Assembly: GCA_964035545.1 (NCBI GenBank)
Contig: OZ037769.1
Location: 806,001-870,000, forward strand
Length of the DNA stretch: 64,000 nucleotides
Reading direction: 5' to 3'
DNA from: Bugula neritina
Taxonomy: Eukaryota; Animalia; Bryozoa
Of the stretch, positions 50,500-63,672 are shown piece by piece. The position numbers and the translations under genes are program-made. The notes under the pieces were generated by a model. The model was not told where the DNA came from. It saw nothing but the letters and a program-made list of their open reading frames with translations, and searched no databases. Every line of letters starts with the position of its first letter. Positions within the stretch are counted from its first letter, which is position 1.

Positions 50500-53400
50500 C
50501 TAACACTGTTCAGATTTGAAGTTGGTCGAACTGGCTGTGCTCACCGGCTGGTAGTAGTAGGTGGAGCCTGTGAAATCAAAACTGTGACATCAGATTTGCT
50601 TATTTATTATTTCCAATTGTGTTTGCAACGAGGCATTTGATTGGGTGATGAAAGAGGTGTTGTACTCACCGTTGCTACTGGTGAAGTACTGATACTGATA
50701 GTTAGGGTAGAACTCCGCCCCCTCTGAGAAAGGTTGCTGCTGAGTGGTGGGGGTGATGAGAGGGGCCACCATAGTGGCTAGGGAAGGGGTGCCGGCGGTA
50801 AACTCGGTTGACGAGGCTACAACAAACATACTTCGTTAGCAGAAGAACACTACATTGATATCTTCTACTGAGATAGCACTGTGTATAGTATAGTAGAGTG
50901 ACAGAAGAGCCTGAGTTCCTACCTGACACAGCTGCATAGTTCTGCTGGGGGTGGGGTGAGTAGGCCTGAGGCAGGTTTGATATGACGGGCTTCAGCTCCG
51001 TCAGTTCGTTGACGGCCGAGTTGTCGTGGGGACTGCTCTGACGCACTTGGTTAGGGGTGGTCGCCCTACCCTCCCCGTTGTTGTTGTCGTTAGCTGGAGA
51101 ACGTTCTGAGGCTGTAAAATTATAACACCAATTTCCAAAACTATTTCAAGTGTGCAGGTGAAGTATCAACTCTACCAGCTGTTTACTCACCTATAGGACT
51201 GTAGCCACTGTGTGCGAAGTGTGCAGGGGAAGTATCAACTCTACCAGCTGTTTACTCACCTATAGGACTGTAGCCACTGTGTGCGGAGTGTGCAGGGGAA
51301 GTATCAACTCTACCAACTGTTTACTCACCTATAGGACTGTAGCCACTGTGTGCGGAGTGTGCAGGGGAAGTATCAACTCTACCGACAGACTTGCTAAGAT
51401 CTTCCACGCTAGGTAGAGGCGTAACTCTACCGGGACTGGGCTGAAGCTGAGCCTGAGGGTAATACTGTATCACGTGATAGTCGGGCTGGGTGCTCACTAC
51501 CCCTTCCCCTCCCTCCATCACTCTCTTCTTGTTGCTTGCTGGCCATGGATTCTACAACAATTAACTCATCATGAGTGAAAAACTTCATTGCATTACAGTT
51601 GAAATTTGTATCTATTTATTATAACCCTTCTATATTATTATTATATTTATATTTTTGTGTGATGTCAAATAAATTGTTCTGTGTATCCCTTATGTAACAA
51701 AATATATTATAAACATTATATTTATTGTGGAATGTCAAAAATAAATTCAACTATTCATTCAAACAGTAATTTCGGGTTAACAAGTTACTAAACCCTTTTT
51801 CATTATTCCTCAGTAAAAGTTCATAGATCTCTAAATGACGAGTTGAGATACTCACCACGATCTCTTCGCCTTTTTCATCTCTACTTTCCTCATCTGTAAA
51901 CACAAACAAACAGAAGCTGTTATCAAACATGTTTACACATTAATCTGCATATCAATAATAAAAAACATTATAAGAATCATATAACTAGCATCAAGTACAT
52001 CAACGTGGAATTTCAAGTGCTTTACGAAAGGGTGTGGGTTTGCATACTCGCATTGATCACTTGCGATATGTTATATTATTAATAAATACAGTTATTATAA
52101 TTCCTCTGACAATGTTTGATTCATTTGAGTGGGCGAGCTCAGTTATGTAGCTGGGGGAATGTATTCAGCAATGGCAAGATGGCACAGGACAAAACCGTCC
52201 CAACAGCCACTACAGTTTTATGGATTTTAGGCTATGTGCACCGAACTGGCCACTTGTAGTTAGCTTTGGTCCAACAACTGGGAATTAGATAACTGAAACT
52301 ATAGGTACATAGGCTAAAGATTTAGTACAGCAGAATCGAACCGAGTTAAGAGTCTGTGTTTACAATGCTTCTAAATATCGATAAAGAGGATATTTGTATG
52401 CATATTAGTCAAACAAGTGGAGATGTTCAACAAAATTCAGGAGTTTCTTGCAGGTTTATTGAATTTATCTGAAGACTGATGGATAATCAAGAGATAAATA
52501 CCAAGAATAGACTGTGGTGCAGATATTGGGGGGAGGCCTGAGTAAAGCCATTAGATCAACTCAGGTTCAACTGCTGACAAATTTTTTCACAATTTAATGC
52601 AACAAGCCAAACTTTTATATATTGCATTCTAAATTTTAAATCAACCATTTATAGAATTGAGATTTCTGACCAAAATGACGGTCTTTTCAGTCAAAAATAT
52701 GTTCAACATATTTATTCTTATATATTTATTATCATATATTTCTTATTACAGATGTTTATTATCTATTATCATATGTATATATCATTATGTTTATTATTTA
52801 TTACCCATTTTATTTATTGATTCAATGCCAAAAGACCTGGCAAATTTCCAGTTTTAAGTAAAACTGTTAAATAATCTACACCCCCCTCCCCCCATACGCA
52901 AAACTTGGAGCCACTTTCATATTCAACCAATCATAAGTGCGCAAACTATCCACAATATTTAGGCCAATACCAAAACAGGTAGCAAAGAAGCAGCCCATTA
53001 AAATTACAAGAAGATTAATAGAATTCAGTAGCAATTTAATAAACTTTTCATTTCTACAAATGTACCGAGAAGATTAGATAATCTCCTTGATGAGGAGAGA
53101 GTAAATGAGGTTCCAACCACTTGAGTGTGGAGCAACAAGTTCTTTTACAAGAATAACTCAATCACTACGAGTGATTAGAATGTCAGCAAGTAAGCTGTGT
53201 GCGCTTCTCCTACGGGATATGCTATATGCTATATATGCTAGTATGATATGCTATATATGCTAGTACGATATGCTAGATATGCTAGTACGATATGCTATAT
53301 ATGCTAGTATGACATGCTATATATGCTAGTATTCAATGTATTTTCATATATATGCATGTTCCTAACAAAGCAGATATTTCACCAAAAGTCCAGAGAATCG

Positions 53401-56400
53401 CCTGCATATTTCTGAGAACTATGCAGCATTATATAGCATAGTGCTATAAGACATAGCGCAGTGCTATAGCAGAATAGCGATATGGATATAACAATATAGC
53501 TATGTGCCATATTTACATTACTATTTTCGTTACTAGTTATTTCTTTCATCAATTCACTGAATTTGCTATTAAATCATTTCATCGCCAGACCCTCATCTAT
53601 CTTGAAATCAAACCAAACTCTATGATGAACAATATTCAGGTCACACAAACCATGACTCTACTTGTAGTGAACTCGGAGTGTATAGACATAGACTCGGAGT
53701 GTATAGACATAGACTCGGAGTGTATAGACATAGACTCGGAGTGTATAGATATAACTTACATTGAGTTTGCCGTTTCCTGTTGCCCATGCTCAGATCTGCA
53801 ACCTCCGAGACTATAGGCCCGGTATTATTAAGGTCCAGCACTGTGGCATTAATCGGGTCATCCTGTGCAGGAGCTCCGGGAATACTTATTATTGTACCTG
53901 CAATGCATCATGGGTATTACATAGTATTGTAGCTGCAATGCATCGTGGGTAATACATAGTATTGTAGCTGCAATGCATCCTAGGTATGGCCTACTACACT
54001 TTCAGGTACCTATAGCACTACTGGATGATGTCATTATATTATATAATACTAGCCCATCTATTCATCATTTGAAACTATCTTTTATACTCTGTCATTGTAA
54101 TATATATATTAAAATAGCATTTTTACTGCTATTACAATATTATAAATAAAATAATATTTCATATAGAAATTTAGTAACTTTAATTAGCAATTAGTAATTA
54201 ATTAACAATATTTAATATGAATTATTACAAACAGTACCTATGGTATACTGGTGACCAGGCAACTGGCTAACTGATATAATATTCGGATGTTGGAGATTAT
54301 CTCCTCCTGTAAGATTCTGTTGGGGTTGAGGAGTTGTCCTATTCATGTCCTCGCCAGGATGCTGCTGCCGGTGTGGTGATGCTCGATTTATCTTGTCTGC
54401 TGCTTTGTTGCGCACAATTCTACAATATTACATCATTGGAATACAGGGAATGCCTGGAGGTTGTGAAGAGAAGACAACTACGAGGTTTTTACACTACAAC
54501 CGGTGGGATAGCACTCAAGAAAAGATATCTTTAAGGAAAATCTAATTAAAGTTGAAGCAACAATTAAGAGAATAGATAAACATCAAACGACTTAGAGAAG
54601 GAACGGAGAGAATGTAATGATGACTTTGATAGGTGATCCAAGTGGCCAGATGTCTGTCTGTGTGTCTAGCTATAGGAGAGAATGAAGGAGAATTCACTTT
54701 ATTATAGAGCTGTTAGGGTTTCAATGAGCTGCTCTGTTTGATATGGAAGACCCTTAATTAGAGACAACTCAGGGTAATTAACAGCAGTTCAGATTACATT
54801 ACTAGCTAGATAACACCAAACCTCTCATCTCTACTTATACAACGCTGCCGACGACGTATCATGACACATCGGCGCTGACCTGTTAATAGAAGACACACTG
54901 GGAACATTCTCCTGGTCGCACACCCCGTCAGAGAGCAGCTTGTCTCGTATTTCCCAGGCAAACAGAGTCATGTTCTCTTTCTTATATTGACATATTGCAT
55001 TGACGACCTTGGGCGTGGCAACCTTAGGCTTAGAGCCACCTATTATCTTGGGACGTATGGAGCCCGTCTCGTTGAACCTGAAGTGTAGAGAAAAAGATGC
55101 TCACCTGTTGATAGAGCTCACGCTGGGTATGTTCTCCTGTGTACAAATGCTTTCGGATAACAGTCGGTCTCTGATTTCCCAGGCAAACATGGTCGGGTTT
55201 TCCTGTTTATATTTGATGATTGCATCAACTACGGAAGGTGTGGCCACCTTAGGCTTAGATCCACCAATAACACCGGGTTTGGTAGAGCCCGTCTCGAAGT
55301 ATCTGTAAGAAGGAGAGCAATGACTCAGCCCTCCTCTTCTTCCGTTATTAGTGGATACTCTGTAGCCCGGTAACCCAGGGGGAGGGGGTCCATTGCACCA
55401 CCCGCACTGTGAGTAAGTAGACAGACAGGAAGTGGGGGTCGACAGGAGAGCAACTGTTCACCGAAAGCATTTGTACAAAGGAATCAGGTACTACCTCAGT
55501 AGTATCAGGTGTAGAGGGTATACAGCGTGGTGGGGGTAACTCCAAAATGTAGTCAATACTACACAGCTTGTTACATGTTAATTAGATGTAATACATTGTT
55601 ATAGTTGGGAGTTGTACCCAGCCAGCCCGTGTGTGTTAGCTGTGTATTTATAGAATGTGTTAGTAAATAGTTAGACACAGGAAAAGGTGTTTATATACAC
55701 AGGACAATAATTCATATGAATACATAAAAGAGCAAAACAGGTAAAAACACAAACAATTTAATAAATAGAGAAAATTCTTTGAATATACATCCCAGAGGTT
55801 ATTAGAAAGGAAGACACCAATACCAATCTTGATAGGTTAAATAATTCAACTTCTGCTATCTAATGAAAAATGTCATTATAATCCAAAATGTATTCGAGAT
55901 TCCAATTACATATTATTTTGTCACTTGAGACTTCTCTCAAACAATGTCTCATTGGCTAGCGAGAAAGGTAATCAGCCAATGAGATCGCTTACCTTCTCAG
56001 CATCTCCCACGAGGAGAGAATTTTTCTTAGCCACGGAGTAGCTTAGAAATTAGAGAAAGAAGGAGGAGTGTGCGCTTACCTGCCCAGTATTTTACTGACA
56101 CAGCCGTGAGAGACCCTCAACTGTCTGCTAATATCACAGGGTCTGACCCCCTGATGAGCCAGCTCCACTATCCGCTGCCTTACTGAGTCCGGCAGCGGGC
56201 GGCCATTCACAAACATTCCACCAAGTTGATTGACTCCCCCATGACCTACAAACAAAAACCCATCAATCAGATGTAGGGTAACAGAAAATTCCCTTAGAAA
56301 CTGCCAATCACAGCGCATGTAGCAAATGTATGTTTTTCCAGCTATTGCCTCATTTTATATGACAAAATATATGCAAATATTGCGTTGAATCTACTTTCGT

Positions 56401-59137
56401 AATTTTTTGATCAAGAATTTCAAGTACTGTGGGTTAAACAACTGCATGAATAATTATGACTGATTTTGATGGAAGTAATAATTGAGTTGGTATAAACCAG
56501 CCAAGAACAGAGCACCTTTTGCCATATTACCAACATTGTATAATCACACACTAACATCAAAAGAGCCATCTATAGCATTGACAGAAAATCCGACTTTCTA
56601 TATTTTTTTAGTAAACTCAAAAGCAATGATTGAAAGAATTTTTACAAAGTGAGCACAACTAACATGGGATTTTTTGGATGACTTACTGTTAGAAGTAAGT
56701 AGATAGGTGTGTAAGTTAAATATACTGCCCTATTTGCCCGGGTATTATGTTATATATCAGTATTTTCAAATTAATTTACATCAGACAGTTAACAACTACA
56801 TTAGCATCCTGTATCTTTCACACAGCCCCATTGTAAGAGAAATTTACCTCTACAATTGTTTTCTAGTCAATTACAATGAAATAATAACAAGCAATAACAC
56901 AATATAATAACTAACTTCATTATATTAGTATTCAGAGTTGAAGATGCTTAACGCTTCGGTTGAAAATGAAAATTAATTAAAAATATCAATTTTAGTTTTT
57001 AAAAAAAGGTAATTCTGGAAAGAGATGTTGATAATTCACTACATAAGATTGAGAAATTTTCACTAATATTGTGTAACTATATTTGTAACTAGTAACTGGA
57101 TATCTATAGTGTTTGCACTGGAACACACTCTAAGATTACAGTTATATAATACTATAATATGCTTAAGCAATGTGTCAGAAACAAAATGTACTCTATCACC
57201 GAAATAGGAGGAATGTGTTGAGAATTATCTTTTTGAAAATCTCGAAATATCAACCTATCATATATTATAACTATCTATAAAAATACTTCAGTTTGAATCT
57301 TACATAAATCAGGTATTATGTAAAGAGATACGAGGGAACATTATCAACTTCATTTACAAACCGCTATTCTAGGTTCTTCATATTTGTATTTAAAAAAAGT
57401 TTAGGATGACTTTTCGGTAAGTTAAAACTCAGTCATAGAAAGAAAATTGATGATGTCATGTATATGGTGCAAAATTCATCCAATTGAAGAGGAAACTTGG
57501 CATGCGAAAGGTTAGTGTCAGTTGGTGTCGGTTAGAAGTGAGGGGGGCAAAAAGTGTATCGGTTAAAGAGTTGAGTCAGACTCAACCCTGAGTCACTTGA
57601 AATGAGCAACTTTTCTAGTTTTATGCATATAGTGACTCTTTTCAAACCAAAAATAATTCAAATCTAACAGATGGAATAAAAATAGGGTAATTTTTCAACT
57701 CCTAAAAATATTCAATTTAATTCAATTTTAGATAAAGCAGTTACTGCGTTCCTCGATCAGGGATGAAAAAAACTTTGTTTCTATAATACATATTGCGCCA
57801 ACCAATATATCCAGGATATTAATAATCGTAGGACTTCAGGAGATTCAGAACACAAATTAATAGGACGATCCATAGTCTAGGAAATTAGATTATGGATCAT
57901 GCATATCAAACCACTCAGTGTCTACCATCGCCGTCCAAACCACTTCAAATTTCAAAAATAATCCGTTAAAAATTCTTAGCAAATTTTAGGCCATATAAAA
58001 AATTGAGCTTATGTATGACCTATTAAACCAATAGGACTATCTCTACAGATTCATAAGCCTAATGGTATTTTCAAAGAGCGTAAAAACAATTTATCATGTT
58101 CAGTGCTACATCAAAAAGCCTGGCTCTACCCCCCAGATAACTAAAGGGTCCTCTAACTGACAATCATTGGAAAGCATCCATAATAATTATATGATATATA
58201 ATTTCTCATTTCATACTGAATTAATCATATTTGGAGTGATTACTCATAGACTGGCAGGGATTGGGAAGGGTTTGAAAGTGAGAAGTCAGTGGATAGATGA
58301 AAAGGAGTACTATATCACAGGATACCAGAACCCTCTGCCACCAGTCAATAGTTCGCATACGTAGAATACATCTCACAACAACAACCAACAATGTAGTACA
58401 AATACTACCTTGTCAAGTGCAATATGTATACAATTCAACGAAAGTAAATAGCAGCAAAAACGAAGAAGGAACACCCATAAAAATTAACATGCTCTGGAAA
58501 ATCTCTCACCGCAAGGGGCAATGCACTAGCAATAACAGATCAAATCACTTTTAGCAGCAAAGTAATTTATAAAGTCCAGATAATTAATACTTGAAGACAC
58601 AACAATCTAAATATACTCCAAGAGTAAAAATAGATAGCTGAAGCAGAAAAACAAGATTAACTTCTAAATCTCTAAATGCCCAAACTATTTTAATTACTAC
58701 AATCATGAAAAACAACTTAAATGTTGCAATCCACTGAACTGTTAGGAAAACATGTTAATTCCGCTTAATAACTTGGAAAATCATATATTTCTTAATTTCA
58801 ATCACCAAGAAAGGAGGAAAATAAACAACCCTGACTGCCAGTGTGTAGTTTACTCACATGATCCTGTCCTTGACATGGCATGTAAGGTGCCCGATCTTGG
58901 TAGATGTGTCATGGAGCCCATGTTGGCAGGTGACATGTGGTGGTGACTAGATGTAGCAGGTGACATGCCACCATGGTGCTGGTGATGGTGTGTGTGAGAT
59001 TGTATAGAAGAGACAGGTGGGGAGTTGTGGTAGTGATTGAGGTGGTGGTGAGGTGACGGCTGAAAGTGTGGAATACCAGGATGATGCCCGGCTGCCAGAG
59101 TGTGGTGATGTCCTGCGTACGGATGTATATCCATCAT
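50500..59137 (-). CDS. Pax2/5/8: Paired box protein Pax2/5/8; multi-exon, with a duplicated paired-domain exon
   Basis: His-rich exon 1 (59137-58859) is followed by [55 protein letters not shown] (Pax2/5/8-diagnostic Q-R-H). Then come the 198-nt RED exons, IVRNK, and a C-terminal STYYY motif with TAG at 50502-50500. Confidence 0.93.
51149..51384. repeat. 69-nt repeat (~3.4 copies) spanning a Pax2/5/8 donor site
   Basis: gtttactcacctatagg at 51181, 51250 and 51319. Confidence 0.93.
54880..55077 (-). other. Pax2/5/8: Pax2/5/8 paired-domain exon variant B (198 nt, phase 2-2)
   Basis: cag|G...AACAG|gtcagc. Translates [66 protein letters not shown], with no stops or frameshifts. Confidence 0.9.
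55105..55302 (-). other. Pax2/5/8: Pax2/5/8 paired-domain exon variant A (198 nt, phase 2-2)
   Basis: cag|A...AACAG|gtgagc. Translates [66 protein letters not shown]. Confidence 0.93.
55135..55482. repeat. Imperfect inverted repeat (arms 55135-55171 and 55446-55482)
   Basis: 32 of 37 positions are complementary, including a perfect 17-nt core: TGTACAAATGCTTTCGG (55140-55156) versus CCGAAAGCATTTGTACA (55461-55477). Confidence 0.9.
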
Positions 59138-62100
59138 GTTGAGACGAGCTGCTAATCGGTAATGACAGGGTTGACTAGGTGTCCACCAGTTATTAGATGA
59201 CTGTTGTTGGCTGCTCCACTCTACTTACACTGATCCTGCATGCTCCACTCACATACTATTATAGCATTCGTACTCTGCCTTGACTCGTCTTCACAGGCCA
59301 TTAGTCATGTGACATTAACACCAGTATCACCATAGCTACTCGTACACACAGCCTAAGCCAATATCTACACATCCCCTGCATATATCCCCTGCATACGAAG
59401 GCCTTGTTGTAAGCTGATCTTATCACATCATATTTCTAACAGCGGATTCTTCTATCTTTTCGTGTTCTTCACAGAAAATTATGATCCACAATTATTAGCG
59501 CTGAATTCTAGTGTTGGATATAACAGGGGTTCCCAGTGGTGGAAGTATAAATACTTTATTTTGTTCAAACTGCACAACAGTTAAAGTAAATGCAAAAATT
59601 TTAGAAAAAGAAAAAATATCACAACATAGAAAATACATTAATATAAGAATGATTTCATTTTTTTAAAAAGCTTGCCACTGTGAAGTGTGGAGTTGACCAA
59701 CGACTTTCAAGATTGTGGCAATGTAAGAGTAACTAATGTCTTCTAAAACATGCATTAATATTACAGCTAAAAAATTGTTTTAATAGTAAAATGTAAATGA
59801 ATTTCTGGAACTTATAATAGTATATTAGCCATCAGATTCCATTCATATCGAGACAGCATAAATATGTTTGATGAGTAATTCAATCAGAACATTTTCTTAT
59901 GTATTATTTAAAGCTAAATCTTATTATATTTACATTATATTTTATTATATCACATTATATTCATATTATATTATATTAGATTATATTCCTATTATATCAC
60001 ATCATAATAATATTATATTACATTACATCTATAATATATTATAATATTATATTATATTCCTTGACATTAGATAAAAGCAGGAAAGTTGAATTCAAACCTT
60101 CGCCCACCCTTCCCACATTCCACAAGGTGGGTCACTCAGTATCTCCTGCCAAGTCAATAGACAGATAAATATATAACTCAGTCACCCCAGCCAACTATTT
60201 TCAGGAAAAATTTAGGGTAAACATAAATAGAGAGGAGCAGGCGCCAGGTTGATAAATCACCTTCACCTAGATTTCTCATGTTATGGCCATTTGACGTGGC
60301 TTATTTGGAGTCGTCTTCTATTCTACCAGATGATTGTAGACACCATTCATTAAAATTATGTATATAAACTGCAGGGTAAGATGTTTGGTTAGTCATTTTA
60401 AACTAAACCTTCTTTGAAAAATTATGAAAATTTCCATTCTTACCAGAATACTTATTCAATATAACTAAGACTGGTTTGATTGATATAGATTGCATTTTTA
60501 AAAACTTTCGACAGAAAAATACACAATTTTCCTATATAATCAACTTGCTCCTACCCCTGCACTATACCCCCTGTCCTACACCCCCTCCTGTACTACACCC
60601 CCCTGTACTACACCCCCTGTACTACACCCCCCTGTACTACACCCCCTGTACTACACCCCTTGTACCACACTTTGACACAATAGTATTTAGCATAGAATGA
60701 TTTCATAAGCTGAGAGGTTCCTCCAAAAACATTCAGATATTTTACACTTTCTCCAGCTACTATTACATAATTAGTGTAAAAAACTAGCTTGAAGATTTTA
60801 CAATTTAATGAAATGTTACTTACATCTACATAAAAACAACACATGCTGGTGATTACAGTAACTCTAGTATGAGGCAATATGTGATATTCAAGATTATGCA
60901 ACAGGTTTATGACATCAACCAACACCACATATCACACATGTATACAACATGTTGCATGTGTTTATACACATACATGTTGGTGTTTACACACATACATGTT
61001 GGTGTTTACACACAGAGTGTGTAAACACCCAGTGAAGCATTCTCTCAACATGTTCATGTAACATTGTAAAATATACATCAAATAATTAAATAATGTATGA
61101 AAAGTTTTTGAACAAAAATAATTAAGGTTAATAGTTGAAACTTTTCAAGTTACCAAAAGTTGTCTGCCCTGACAAGGCTCCCAAACTCGCGTATATTAAT
61201 GACTAGAAACTGAGGCTAAAAGTAACAATTCTATAAATAAATGAAATAAGTGCAGGGTATCTCCGTGACATAATGAGGAATATTTTTAAGCCAAAAGTTG
61301 GCCACATTTCAAGTAATTACCACATCACAGGGACAGAAAAAGGAAATCAACATATTATTACCAGTTATGTTGAGTGGAGATTCAAAGCAACTTGAGTTCG
61401 ATTAATTATTGGCTTAAAACAGTTGGGATACTTTCACCAGGTTTAAATATCTACAGTCAGGATGAATGACTAATTAGAAAAACTTTCAACAAATAGCTTC
61501 TATTAAAATGTTGCAAGAAATGCCTTGCATGTTCCAAAAAGTAATGTTTTGTTATATAAGTGAGTGGGCGTTAGATTGCCTTTATGATGTAGAGATAAGT
61601 ATATAGTAAGTGTATAGTAAGTGTAGAGTAGGTGTATAGTAAGTGTATAGTAAGTGTATAGTAAGTGTAGAGTATGTAATGAGTAAGTATATAGTAGGTG
61701 TATAGTAAGTGTAGAGTAAGTTTATAGTAAGTGTATAGTAAGTGTAAGGGTAAGTGTAGTGAAATAAACTACTGGTAGCAGATCAGCAGAAAACTGTCAT
61801 CACTGAATTTCGTAAAAAAACTGATTTTCATTTCAACTAGCGAAAAGTTAGTCTGAAAAAATGCAAACTGTTCCCTTTGAACTCTACACTATATTATGTT
61901 ATTTGTGGAGAGTACACACTGAGAGATGTGACATCATGTGCAGGTCTAGCTGTCTACCAACGGCAACCATTGCCAGGTGCTCCAAGTAGTCTAGCAATAG
62001 ATGAAGCTTAAAATAAATATAAAGGGTGGTCACCCTACGTCCCAACTTACTCTGACACTAGTGTAACTAGGGTAGCACTAGCTAATTGCAAACTAGTTTG

Positions 62101-63099
62101 TCCTCAGCTTAGCAATTGTAAATTGTTACTTCATGAATATTCCAGCAAAAAGATGATGTAGCAATGGAAACCAACGCAGAATGTTAATAGAGGTCATGAT
62201 TCACTCCAGCCGCAAGTATTCTCCACTCTTAACACTTCACTGTGGAATAACGCAACTAGCCGCAGAAAGTAAAGGTTTAAGCTGGGGAGTAGAGTGATTA
62301 TTTGAGGGTATTTCCTCACACAGATAATTCATTTCCTTATTTTGTAAACAAGTAACTGGAAACAAAACAACGCTTGACCTTCTTTTTACAACCACTGTCA
62401 ACTATAGCCTACTCATTGTTGAAAATTACATCTTTCTAGACCCTTCCACTGTCACCATAAGAACATACAAATGTAGTTACTGAAAGCTTGTGAATTGTAT
62501 TTTCCAACCAAATCATTCTGAAATGAAACCCTCAAACCTGGTAACCCTCAGAGCTGGTGTCTGTAGAATAGCAAGTGCTCTGTGTAAGATGTAAGTACTT
62601 TATGAAAGGTGTAAGTTTCCTATGGTGTAAGTATACACATACTTATAGGTTGTTAGTGCAAGTGTAAGTGTAAGTTACAGAAACTGGGAGCACAAGACTA
62701 CTAGCTATACTAGCAGTAGTTACTCCTAACTTACATGTAAGTACACAACCACATAATAGTCATATAAACTCTTTACTTACATGTAAGTACACAACCATAT
62801 AATAGTCATATAAACTCTTTACTTACATGTAAATACACAGCCACATAATAGTCATATAAACTCTTCACTTACATGTAAGTACACAACCACATAATAGTCA
62901 TATGAATATTCCACACTTACACACACTACTGAAACAGAGTGTCAAACGAAAAATCCCCACAAAGTATCTGATATTCAACATGTTTTCTATCGGGCTGACT
63001 GTGACAGCAACTTGTGTTAATATAAGTGAACTCTGACCCCAGATGAATGTTGAAGCATGCATTGCCTTTTACTCTCACGTCTTAACTAACAGCTGCTGA

Positions 63100-63306
63100 T
63101 GGTAGTAGTATGAGAATATTAGTAGTAATAATAGTTAAAATAGTAGTAATAGTAGCAGTAGCAGTGCTACTACTACTACTACTACTACTACTAGTACTAC
63201 TAGGACTAGTACTAGCAGTACTACTACACCAGTACTACTACACCAGTACTACTACTACTAGTACTGCTATCAGCGCTACTACTAGTCCTAGTAGTACTAG
63301 TAGTAC

Positions 63307-63338
<32 letters not shown>

Positions 63339-63672
63339 CTGGTGTAGTAGTACTGCTAGTACTAGTCCTAGTAGTACTAGTAGTAGTAGTAGTAGTAGTA
63401 GTAGTGCTACTACTACTGCTACTGCTACTACTACTACTACTAGTACTGCTACTACTACGACTAGTACTAGCAGTACTACTACTACTACTAGTACTAGCAG
63501 TACTACTACACTAGTACCGCTATCAGTACTACTACTACTAGTACTACTACTACTAGTACTACTACTACTAGTACTACTACTAGTACTAGCAGTACTACTA
63601 CACTAGTACTACTACTACTACTACTACTAGTACTACTAGTAGTAGTAGTAGTAGTAGTAGTACTAGTAGTAT
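63100..63672. repeat. (ACT)n/(AGT)n microsatellite with alternating orientation
   Basis: Blocks of tactac and tagtag joined at actagt/agtact palindromes. Confidence 0.93.

Noticed and set aside
55000-55308. Plus-strand 102-aa ORF with an internal repeat
   Set aside because: Antisense shadow of the duplicated Pax exons.
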